A stretch of 64,000 nt of DNA from an uncultured Actinomycetota bacterium. GTDB lineage: Bacteria > Actinomycetota > Actinomycetes > Jiangellales > Jiangellaceae. The notes below the pieces were generated by a model, which worked only from the letters and a program-made list of their open reading frames with translations, was not told the origin of the DNA and made no database searches. The translations under genes were made by a program, and so were the position numbers. Where the stretch lies: contig CAWFXV010000003.1 in NCBI GenBank assembly GCA_963819885.1, forward strand, positions 4,372-68,371, in the 5' to 3' direction. Shown one piece after another: positions 9,180 to 16,355 of the stretch. How positions within the stretch are numbered: position 1 is the stretch's first letter; each line of letters opens with the position of its first letter.

Positions 9180-10178
9180 ATGCACCTGACCTGGCTGGAC
9201 CGCGAGCACCTCGACGACCGCGACGTCGCCGGGGCGGTTGCGCTGTTCGAGGCTGCGCGGCTGGTTGACAGCCCGCATCAGCTGGTCGGCCCGACCGTCT
9301 TCTCCTACACCGCATTTCTGCAAACCGGCTGGGACGGCACTCCGCCGGACGCAGCCCTCGCCCGTGACGACAAGGGCAGGGTGGTCGGAGTTCTGCAGGT
9401 GACCCTCCCGCACTGGGACAACACACACCTCGGCTCGGTCGACGTGACGGTGGACCCGCTGGCGCGGCGACAGGGCATCGGCCGCCGGCTCTTCGAGACA
9501 GGGATCGAGCGAGTCCGCTCGTCCGGACGCCGGCTGGTGCTGACCGATTGCTGGGCAGACACGGCCGGCGTTGACTTCGCCGAGGCGGTGGGCTTGGAAC
9601 GCGCATCAGTCGGTGTGCAGCGTCGGCAGGACCTGCGCAGGCTCGACTGGCCTCTGCTGGATGCCGAGTACGCCGAAGCGGAAAGCCGGGCCGGTGGCTA
9701 CGAGTTGGTCCGGATAGCCGGTCCGACACCGGAAGACATGCTCGGTGACGTCGCCGCCATGACTGCCGCCATCAATGACGCCCCGATCGACGACCTAGAC
9801 ATCGAGGATGAGGTCTTCACCCCTGAACGCATCCGCATCTTCGAGGCCGCCCAGCTCGCGGCCCGGAGTCGCATCTACCGGGTCATCGCCCGGAAGCGCG
9901 AGACCGGGGTCCTTGGCGGTCACACCATGGTTGGTGTCGACGCCGAGCATCCCGCCTACGCCGGTCAGTACGACACCAGCGTCCTGCGGGCTCATCGGGG
10001 TCACCGGCTCGGTCGCTTGCTGAAGATCGCCATGCTCCAGTGGCTTGCCGACGAGGAGCCGCAGCTGCGCAAACTCGACACCTGGAATGCGGCATCCAAC
10101 GCGCACATGATCGAGGTCAACGAGATACTCGGCTACGAGATCGTGGCCAGCGGCATCGAGTGGCAGCTCCGCCTCTGA
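9180..10178 (+). CDS. GNAT-family N-acetyltransferase (two acetyltransferase-like halves)
   Basis: 332 aa. Acetyl-CoA motif A RRQGIGRRLF in the first half and HRGHRLGRLLK in the second. Confidence 0.8.
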   Translation: MHLTWLDREHLDDRDVAGAVALFEAARLVDSPHQLVGPTVFSYTAFLQTGWDGTPPDAALARDDKGRVVGVLQVTLPHWDNTHLGSVDVTVDPLARRQGIGRRLFETGIERVRSSGRRLVLTDCWADTAGVDFAEAVGLERASVGVQRRQDLRRLDWPLLDAEYAEAESRAGGYELVRIAGPTPEDMLGDVAAMTAAINDAPIDDLDIEDEVFTPERIRIFEAAQLAARSRIYRVIARKRETGVLGGHTMVGVDAEHPAYAGQYDTSVLRAHRGHRLGRLLKIAMLQWLADEEPQLRKLDTWNAASNAHMIEVNEILGYEIVASGIEWQLRL

Positions 10179-10192
10179 GCGCGAGCCTGTCG

Positions 10193-10471
10193 TCAACGTT
10201 TTCGATAGGCAGCGGATCGGTGGCGGATATCGAGCACGATGACTGCGCGTTTGTCCTCGTCGATCTCGTACAGAACGCGCCAATCCCGTGCCAGCCGAGC
10301 GCTGTAGATACCTGTCAGCTCCTCATGAAGCGGCTTTCCGACGCGTCGGGGGTTCTCCAGCAGTGGCCCGGTGATGAACTCGACTGCCGATATGGCGACT
10401 GCGTGCGGAAGCAGATCAGTCAATGCACGGCGGGCGGGTGGTGCCGTTCCGAGTTCGTACGCGGCGGTCAC
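10193..10471 (-). CDS. relE: type II toxin, RelE/ParE family
   Basis: 92 aa. FITGPLLENPRRVGKPLHEELTGIYSARLARDWRVLYEIDEDKRAVIVLDIRHRSAAYR matches the RelE fold pattern. It has a 4-nt ATGA overlap with the upstream antitoxin. Confidence 0.85.
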   Translation of the reverse strand: MTAAYELGTAPPARRALTDLLPHAVAISAVEFITGPLLENPRRVGKPLHEELTGIYSARLARDWRVLYEIDEDKRAVIVLDIRHRSAAYRKR

Positions 10472-10725
10472 GAAGCGCGGTGTTGACGCAGCAGTGCGCG
10501 CGCGGCATCGGCTCCGTAGAGGACGTCTCCCTCACGAACAGCTTGGCGGGCCTCGGCGAGTGCTTTCAGCGCATCCGGGTCGGCCTTGATCTCAGCGGTC
10601 TCGCGCGCCGCCAGGAACAACTCCACGGCAAGCACGATGGTCTGGTGAACACTGCGATGGTCTTCGGCTGCGGCGCTGCGCAGCTCGTCATCGAGGTCGG
10701 GTGGAAGACGTAAAGTCATCGCCAT
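10468..10725 (-). CDS. type II antitoxin, ribbon-helix-helix N-terminus
   Basis: 85 aa. RHH-like MTLRLPPDLDDELRSAAAEDHRSVHQTIVLAV. Translationally coupled to the RelE gene. Confidence 0.8.
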   Translation of the reverse strand: MAMTLRLPPDLDDELRSAAAEDHRSVHQTIVLAVELFLAARETAEIKADPDALKALAEARQAVREGDVLYGADAARALLRQHRAS

Positions 10726-10994
10726 ACCGTCATGATATCACTGTGCATCAGAATGGTGCATTCGCATGGACGCCCGCTGCAGTGGCGTAGTGCATGATTC
10801 CGTCGGCGAGTGAAGCCGATGTGCGGGGCGCCCTAGATCAATCGCACCAGACCGTCCTTGCGGAGCAGCGGACGGCCGTGGCAGATAGTGCTCTTCCAGA
10901 ACACGGCTGCCCAATTGTATTGTCGCCCCGAGTTGGTCGACGAGATGACCAAAGAGCCGATCGCCGACGCCTGACGGGCAGCGCTATGGACGAG

Positions 10995-11303
10995 TCATAC
11001 AGGCGATGACGGCGCCTGCCCGTCTGCTGAATCGGCTGGAGGTTGGGTCGGAGCCGGGGCGGGCGGTTGAGCCGGAGCTTGGGTTTGGGCGGGAGCTTGA
11101 GCCGGAGCCGGTTCAGTGCGAGCGGCGCGACGGCGTAGGAAATAGGCTGCCAGCCCGAGCATGATCAGCGTGCCAATGATGGCGCTGAGGAGACCGCCCC
11201 TGTCGAAGACGTCGGTGTCACCGATGCCCAGGCGGGGGCACAGCCTGCCTACCTTGGGATCTGTGGAAATCAGACGTGCCGAGAAATCCGATGCCGCTCG
11301 CAT
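10995..11303 (-). CDS. hypothetical single-pass membrane protein with Pro/Ala/Gln-rich tail
   Basis: One TM helix (LLSAIIGTLIMLGLAAYFL RRR) followed by the low-complexity tail APAQAPAQTQAPAQPPAPAP. GC3 is high only from about codon 19. The first 41 nt overlap the divergent PAT gene start, so the start codon is doubtful. Confidence 0.35.
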   Translation of the reverse strand: MRAASDFSARLISTDPKVGRLCPRLGIGDTDVFDRGGLLSAIIGTLIMLGLAAYFLRRRAARTEPAPAQAPAQTQAPAQPPAPAPTQPPADSADGQAPSSPV

Positions 11304-11754
11304 GGCAGAGATCTACGGGCACTATGTCGCCGAAACGGTGATCACCTTCGATCTCGAAGCGCCGTTGGTGAGCGACTGGGAGAGACGCCTGCGTGCATCG
11401 GCGGATGCCGGATATCCGGTCCTGGTGGGCTGCGTAGACGCCCGCGTTATCGGCTTTGCACTGCTCATGGCCTGGAAGCCGAGGCCCGCCTATCGCTATA
11501 CGGCTGAGGTCTCGATCTACCTCGACCCGCGTTTCACTGGCGTGGGACGGGGGCGGGTTTTGCTGGAACGGCTTCTCCACGAGGCACGACGCGTGGGCTT
11601 CCGCCAGGTCATCGCAGCGATCGCTGACGCAGGGTTTGATGCCTCGGTCGCCTTGCATCGGGCTCTCGGGTTCCGCACGATCGGCCGCATGGAACGGGTC
11701 GGCTTCAAGCACGACCGATGGGTCGACGTCGATCTTCTGCAACTCAGCCTGTGA
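11263..11754 (+). CDS. GNAT acetyltransferase of the phosphinothricin N-acetyltransferase (PAT/Bar) type
   Basis: VEIRRAEKSDAARMAEIYGHYV...ITFDLEAP...YRYTAEVSIYLDP...GVGRGRVLLERLL...GFRTIGRMERVGFKHDRWVDV. GTG 11263 is chosen because family conservation starts there. Confidence 0.8.
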   Translation: MEIRRAEKSDAARMAEIYGHYVAETVITFDLEAPLVSDWERRLRASADAGYPVLVGCVDARVIGFALLMAWKPRPAYRYTAEVSIYLDPRFTGVGRGRVLLERLLHEARRVGFRQVIAAIADAGFDASVALHRALGFRTIGRMERVGFKHDRWVDVDLLQLSL

Positions 11755-12077
11755 TTGCCGACGGAGGCGTCGTACTCGTAGCTGCCGTGTTCGTTGGCGC
11801 CGTCGTGTGCGGAGCGGAACCGGCGACTGCGGATTCAGCAGCGCCGGGAGAACTGGCACCTGGCCGACGACCCGCCCAAGGCCGAGTCGGCCACCGATGC
11901 CGACGACGACGCCGGCACTGACGACCTCACCGAACCACTGGGGGCGGTACTACGGACCTGGGATGAGGCGTTGGACGCGCTCGGGCACGTAGCGGGGCAC
12001 GACAGCGAACCACGATCGAAAGCGTGAGGCCCAGCCAACGTGGGTTCGAAAGTTTCCGATGTCTTGAGACATCACGG

Positions 12078-12121
12078 TGGAGCGGGTGACGGGAATCGAA
12101 CCCGCACTGTCAGCTTGGGAA
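12078..12121 (-). repeat. displaced 3' fragment of tRNA-Gly(CCC); att-site direct repeat
   Basis: 44 nt, 42/44 identical to 14156..14199 (anticodon loop through CCA). The two mismatches are a compensatory swap of one T-stem base pair. No acceptor 5' strand or D-arm follows, so this is not a tRNA gene. Confidence 0.85.
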
Positions 12122-12711
12122 TCTGAGGCGGGTCACGCCCGACCCGTCGTCGCACGCTCAGGACTGTGCACCGGGACTGCCCGTGAGTGACCCCTTGAGG
12201 CCGACGCGTATAGCACGCAGATAGCACGCCGACCATCAGATCCGTAGGAGCGAGCAACAGACGGTTAGCTCCTGGGTGCAGGGTGAAGCATGGGCTCCGA
12301 GGTTGTCCCGATGGCGGTTCGTGTGGACCTGTTGGGGTCAGACTGGGGTCAGCCGGCAAGCTGCCGCATAACCGGCTTGGAAGCATTGAGCGAGGACCAG
12401 GAGCCGGCCCGCCCGAGCACGATCGGTGGTCTGTCTCGGCCCGCCGAGTAACCGTCGTTGACCTCATCTAATTGCACGTTAATTGCACGGCATCTACCGG
12501 GCTGAGCGGTCTGTTCGCGTGTGGAGTGGGTGCGCTGCTTGCTGTGCGCGGGCGGGGTTGAGATTAGGCGGGTTGCCCTGGTCGGCCGAGTGGGCGACGC
12601 TGCGCGCACCGAGCACGAATGACTACCGCCGAACTCAGATCGCGCATTGATCAGTTCCTGCGCCGAGCCGATCTAGACTCCCGAGACCGACTGACAGAAA
12701 GGCATGGCGCC

Positions 12712-13275
12712 ATGCGGAAACTGATCTACGGCATGAACCTGACCCTGGACGGCTACATCGCCGCGCCCGGCGACGACCTCGGCTGGAGCGGGCCGAGCGA
12801 CGAGCTGTTTCAGTGGTGGCTCGACCAGGAGTTGGCGATCGGGCTGTTGATGTACGGGCGCAAGCTGTGGGAGGCGATGAGTTCCCACTGGCCGACCGGC
12901 GACCAGCAGCCCGACGCCACCCCGGCGCAGATCGAGTTCGCGCGGAACTGGCGGGACACGCCGAAGGTGGTGTTCTCCTCGACGATCGACAAGGTCGACT
13001 GGAACACCCGCCTGGTCACCGGCGACGCTGTAGCGGAGATCACCCGACTCAAGGCCGACGACGGCGAGCCGATGAGGGTCGGTGGCGCAACGCTCGCTGG
13101 GGCGGCCATGCGGGCCGGGCTGGTCGACGAGTACGAGATCGTCACCCATCCGGTGCTGGTGGGCGGCGGCACACCGTTCTTCACCGCGCTGGACAGCTGG
13201 GTGAACCTGAACCTGGTGGAGACGCGGACGTTTCCCGGCGGCGTGGTCCTGACCAGGTACGAGACGAGGCGGTGA
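12712..13275 (+). CDS. dihydrofolate reductase-like (RibD C-terminal domain) family protein
   Basis: MRKLIYGMNLTLDGYIA...LLMYGRKLWE...MRVGGATLAGAAMRAGLVDEYEIVTHPVLVGGGTPFF. ATG 12712 has a GAAAGG RBS and matches family N-termini. Confidence 0.85.
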   Translation: MRKLIYGMNLTLDGYIAAPGDDLGWSGPSDELFQWWLDQELAIGLLMYGRKLWEAMSSHWPTGDQQPDATPAQIEFARNWRDTPKVVFSSTIDKVDWNTRLVTGDAVAEITRLKADDGEPMRVGGATLAGAAMRAGLVDEYEIVTHPVLVGGGTPFFTALDSWVNLNLVETRTFPGGVVLTRYETRR

Positions 13276-13701
13276 GCGCGATTCCTTTGCTGCTTGTCTG
13301 AGGGAGTGGCAGCATGCCCCGGAGCAAGGTCGAGCTGTTCGCTGCGACAAGGCAGGGCTCGCCATTCCTCCCCCTCACCCGATAGATGCCGATACCAGTC
13401 GAGACGGCGGCGGGGTCCAGGGATCAGCGGCAAGATGTTTCGGCTCCGGGACTCCTTGCGCGAGTGGAACGGTCCGGTGGACGGGTGAGGTGGCGGCCGA
13501 AAAGATCTTGCTGCCCCTGGACGCCGACGGTGGCTCGGCGCACACTCCCTGGCATCGGGTGAGGGGTTCCACCGGTACCTGCCGTGGTGCCGTGTGGTCC
13601 GGTCTGTGACTGGCGCTCTTGGCCGGCTGGTGGGCGTGGTTGCCGTGGCTCTCAGGATCGGGTAGCGGCGCGCGGCGCTCGCGCCGCACCTGGACGAGTT
13701 C

Positions 13702-14067
13702 GTGGCGCCCCAGCAGGACGCCCTCCTGTTCGCGGGCCTCAAGGGTCAGCCGGTCCGTCGGAGCAACTTCGGCAAGGCCGTGGACTGGACCAAGACCGTC
13801 GCCGACCTCGGTCATCCGGGCCTGCACTTCCACGATCTCCGTCACACCGGCAACGTCCTGGCGGCACAAACTCCAGGAGCCACGCTGCGGGATCTGATGG
13901 CGCGGATGGGACATGACAGCATGCGGGCTGCCCTGATCTACCAGCACCTCACGAGGGACGCCGATCGCCACATCGCCGACGCGATCGCAGCTCAGATCGC
14001 ACGCGACACGACCGGATCTGGGACCGAGAAGGAGGACGACGAGGGGACGAACCGGGGCGGCGGATAG
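13702..14067 (+). pseudogene. tyrosine recombinase/integrase, C-terminal catalytic fragment only
   Basis: ...LLFAGLKGQPVRRSNF...GLHFHDLRHTGNVLAAQTPGATLRDLMARMGHDSMRAALIYQH carries the HxLRH and Y catalytic boxes. The frame is closed by a TAG about 40 nt upstream. No N-terminal SAM-like or core-binding domain was recognised in any frame. Confidence 0.75.
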
Positions 14068-14108
14068 CACGGAGATAGCACGATGGCCTCGAAACGTCCG
14101 ACCATGAC

Positions 14109-14150
14109 GAAGGCCCAGGCGAGCTGATCATGGCTCTGGCCTGGGCCTTC
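14109..14150. terminator. strong GC hairpin between the integrase remnant and the tRNA 3' end
   Basis: GAAGGCCCAGGC (14109..14120) pairs perfectly with GCCTGGGCCTTC (14139..14150), and an inner GAGC/GCTC pair extends the stem. No clear U-tract, so terminator function is an inference. Confidence 0.45.
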
Positions 14151-14155
14151 TCGCG

Positions 14156-14229
14156 TGGAGCGGGTGAGGGGAATCGAACCCCCACTGTCAGCTTGGGAAG
14201 CTGATGTTCTGCCATTGAACTACACCCGC
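14156..14229 (-). tRNA. tRNA-Gly (anticodon CCC)
   Basis: The reverse complement GCGGGTGTAGTTCAATGGCAGAACATCAGCTTCCCAAGCTGACAGTGGGGGTTCGATTCCCCTCACCCGCTCCA folds as a cloverleaf. It has a 7-bp acceptor stem, GTTC/GAAC D stem, TCAGC/GCTGA anticodon stem with loop TTCCCAA, a T arm with TTCGATT, and an encoded CCA. Confidence 0.92.
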
Positions 14230-14404
14230 GGGCAGCGGCGCTGCGGGCCTGGGGCCGCGCGAGGAGCATACCTGGTCGTAGGCCTCCCTTCTCAGCAGAA
14301 GATCTGTGAGCAGCGTTGTGTGCTCGGCTTGAGGGGGTCTCGTCAGGCCTGAGCTTCCTCTGGTCGCTGACTCTCAAAGGAGGCAGGCTCGGTATCGTCC
14401 GCGC

Positions 14405-14980
14405 ATGCTGCTCTCGGACCGAGACATCAAGGCGGCCGTCGAGGCCAAGCGGATCGTGCTCGAGCCGTACGACCCAGCGATGGTGCAGCCGTCGAGCATC
14501 GACATCCGCCTCGATCGCTATTTCCGGGTGTTCGAGAACCACCGCTATCCCCATATCGACCCGGCGCAGGAGCAGGCGGATCTGACCCGCGTGGTGGAGA
14601 CCAAGGCCGACGAGGCTTTCGTCCTCCATCCGGGCGAGTTCGTGCTCGCGTCGAGCTACGAAACCGTGACTCTTGGCGACGACGTTGCCGCTCGGCTCGA
14701 AGGGAAATCGAGTCTCGGCCGGCTGGGTCTGCTGACCCACTCCACCGCGGGTTTCATCGACCCCGGATTCACTGGGCACGTCACGCTCGAGTTGTCCAAC
14801 GTCGCGACCCTGCCGATCAAGCTGTGGCCGGGGATGAAGATCGGTCAGCTCTGCTTCTTCGACCTGTCCAGTCCTGCCGAGCATCCCTACGGATCGCAGC
14901 AGCACCAATCCCGGTATCAAGGTCAGCGCGGGCCCACGCCGAGCCGGTCTTACCTCAACTTCGACCGGACCGAGATCTGA
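14405..14980 (+). CDS. dcd: dCTP deaminase
   Basis: 191 aa. MLLSDRDI...[11 protein letters not shown]...[33 protein letters not shown]. Sits beside tRNA-Gly, as is common in actinomycetes. Confidence 0.95.
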   Translation: MLLSDRDIKAAVEAKRIVLEPYDPAMVQPSSIDIRLDRYFRVFENHRYPHIDPAQEQADLTRVVETKADEAFVLHPGEFVLASSYETVTLGDDVAARLEGKSSLGRLGLLTHSTAGFIDPGFTGHVTLELSNVATLPIKLWPGMKIGQLCFFDLSSPAEHPYGSQQHQSRYQGQRGPTPSRSYLNFDRTEI

Positions 14981-15067
14981 CGCCAGATCAACTCCCGTCG
15001 GTTCGGCCTGCGATGAGTTGGCGTGCCAACGCGGTCCTCATGAAGGAAACGTCGAAGAGGCATGAGC

Positions 15068-15232
15068 ATGAGGAAGTTGGTCGTCACCGAGAACATCACG
15101 CTGGACGGCGTCATCGACGCGAGCGAGGGGTGGTTCGCACCCGCCGGCGACGAGGAGGTCGATCAGTCCGACCTCAACGAGACGCTCCGTGAGCAGGCCG
15201 CCGCCGCCGATGCGGTGCTGTTCGGGCGGGCA
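15068..15232 (+). pseudogene. 5' fragment of a RibD_C/DHFR-family gene
   Basis: MRKLVVTENITLDGVIDASEGWFAPAGDEEVDQSDLNETLREQAAAADAVLFGR matches the family N-terminus. Homology is then lost and the SnoaL-like gene follows. Confidence 0.6.
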
Positions 15233-15294
15233 CGATGCAGGACCCGGAGTGAGAGCGCAGCACTGTGCTGTCCAGCAACCTGAGGAGATCCGAG

Positions 15295-15699
15295 ATGTCG
15301 AACGAGACCGAAGTCCGTGCACTGATCGAACACTGGGCGACCGCGGTGCACGCAGGCGACCTAGACGGCGTTCTCGCCGACCATGCCGACGACATCGTGA
15401 TGTTCGACGTACCGCCACCCGAGGACGGGGTTCGCGGCATCGACGCCTACCGCGAGACTTGGCCGCCCTTCTTCGAGTGGCAGGCTCAGGGCGCCGAGTT
15501 CGAGATCTATTCTCTCGACGTCACCGCCGGTGAGGACGTCGCATTCGCCTACGCACTGCTCCGCTGCGGAACGAAGGAAGAACTCCAGAAGGATCCCGAC
15601 AACCGCTTGCGCCTGACGATCGGGCTGCGCAAGGAAGACGGCCGCTGGGTGGTGGCGCATGAGCATCACTCGTTCCCCGACAAGGCCACTTCGGCATAG
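15295..15699 (+). CDS. SnoaL-like / NTF2-fold (DUF4440-type) protein
   Basis: MSNETEVRALIEHWATAVHAGDLDGVLADHADDIVMFDVPPP...DGRWVVAHEHHS. GAGGAG RBS lies 6 nt upstream of ATG 15295. Confidence 0.75.
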   Translation: MSNETEVRALIEHWATAVHAGDLDGVLADHADDIVMFDVPPPEDGVRGIDAYRETWPPFFEWQAQGAEFEIYSLDVTAGEDVAFAYALLRCGTKEELQKDPDNRLRLTIGLRKEDGRWVVAHEHHSFPDKATSA

Positions 15700-16256
15700 T
15701 GAGCGATGTGAGCCGGTCCGCGGGAAAGGTCATCTGGCACGTGACGATGACCTTGGACGGCTTCATTGCCGGCCCAGATCATGCAATGGACTGGGCGTAC
15801 GATTCCGGCGGTTCGAGCGAGATCGCCGACAGCATCGTCCAGTTCACTGGTGCGCTGGTCGTCGGCCGCCACAGCTATGAGGTCGAGGACAGAGACCGAC
15901 GAGGCTTCTACGGGGGCGAGTTCACCGGGCCGTTCTTCGTGGTCACCCATAGCCCCCCGGCCACTGTCCCCGACTGGATGACTGGAACGTTTGTCAGCGA
16001 CGGGATCGGGGATGCGGTCGCGCGAGCGCAGGCGGCAGCTGGCGAGAAGAACGTCGTCGTGCTCGGCGCGGACATCGCCCGTCAGTGCCTCGAAAACGGG
16101 CTACTCGATGAGGTCGTCGTTTCTCTCGTGCCCGCCCTGCTCGGCGACGGTGTGCGGTTGTTCCAGAGCCCTGGCGGCCGATGGATTGAGCTCGAACCGA
16201 TCGAGGTCCTGCCGTCGGAGCGGTTGACCGAATTTCGCTTCCGCGTTGTGAAGTGA
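15699..16256 (+). CDS. dihydrofolate reductase-like (RibD C-terminal domain) family protein
   Basis: KVIWHVTMTLDGFIAGPDHAMDW...ALVVGRHSYE...VVVLGADIARQCLENGLLDEVVVSLVPALLGDGVRLF. The GTG start overlaps the preceding stop by 1 nt. Confidence 0.8.
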   Translation: MSDVSRSAGKVIWHVTMTLDGFIAGPDHAMDWAYDSGGSSEIADSIVQFTGALVVGRHSYEVEDRDRRGFYGGEFTGPFFVVTHSPPATVPDWMTGTFVSDGIGDAVARAQAAAGEKNVVVLGADIARQCLENGLLDEVVVSLVPALLGDGVRLFQSPGGRWIELEPIEVLPSERLTEFRFRVVK

Positions 16257-16355
16257 CCAGTCGGGCTCGGTCATTCTCAGGATGGAGAGAGCAGATCCCG
16301 CTCGCGCGTAATGTGGCCGGAAGGCGCCTGACTAGCGACAGGAGACCGACCTGCG

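Larger units (their letters stand above)
12122..14155. mobile_element. decayed integrative element remnant (about 2 kb) in the 3' end of tRNA-Gly
   Basis: Bounded by the 44-nt direct repeats. It carries a truncated tyrosine-integrase gene next to the intact tRNA. Tandem ATAGCACG motifs lie inside both ends (12210..12228, 14064..14082). One intact cargo gene (RibD_C family) is present. Confidence 0.7.

Noticed and set aside
8257-9729. Very long antisense ORFs opposite real genes (e.g. 8257..9729 -, 20975..22702 -, 19750..20775 -, 30106..31794 -, 39065..40666 -, 58513..59631 -, 12810..13742 -).
   Set aside because: These are typical shadow ORFs of high-GC DNA. Their translations are Arg/Pro/Ser/Gly-rich low-complexity sequence with no motifs, and each one overlaps a gene with clear family signatures on the other strand.
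10726-10800. Three GTGCAT motifs upstream of the antitoxin gene, considered as possible operator repeats.
   Set aside because: The motifs are short hexamers with irregular spacing and do not form a clear dyad, so support is insufficient.
10833-10952. High-GC3 minus-strand segment ending …GRQYNWAAVFWKSTICHGRPLLRKDGLVRLI*, just upstream of the RelE/antitoxin operon.
   Set aside because: It has no ATG/GTG start (only a TTG, giving 39 aa), is closed upstream by a TGA, and matches no recognisable family. It is probably an orphan C-terminal remnant, but this cannot be supported without a database search.
11755-12077. Unassigned 320 bp between the PAT gene and the att repeat. It contains ORF 11794..12027 (+), acidic (…DDPPKAESATDADDDAGTDDLTEPLG…), with a TM-like stretch in another frame upstream. 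A 40-codon minus-strand ORF from 12072 is also present.
   Set aside because: GC3 is similar in competing frames, no family motif was recognised, and a frameshift would be needed to link the TM and acidic parts. It may be another remnant and is left uncalled.
12290-12451. 53-codon ORF inside the tRNA-Gly element (MGSEVVPMAVRVDLLGSDWGQ…) with about 79% GC3; considered as an excisionase candidate.
   Set aside because: No helix-turn-helix or Xis/AlpA-like pattern was recognised. High GC3 alone is not sufficient in this genome.
13314-13385. 23-codon ORF MPRSKVELFAATRQGSPFLPLTR*, reminiscent of actinobacterial transposase N-termini.
   Set aside because: The resemblance rests on about 11 residues recalled from memory. 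The ORF is too short and the match is unverified, so it is mentioned only as context for the element remnant.
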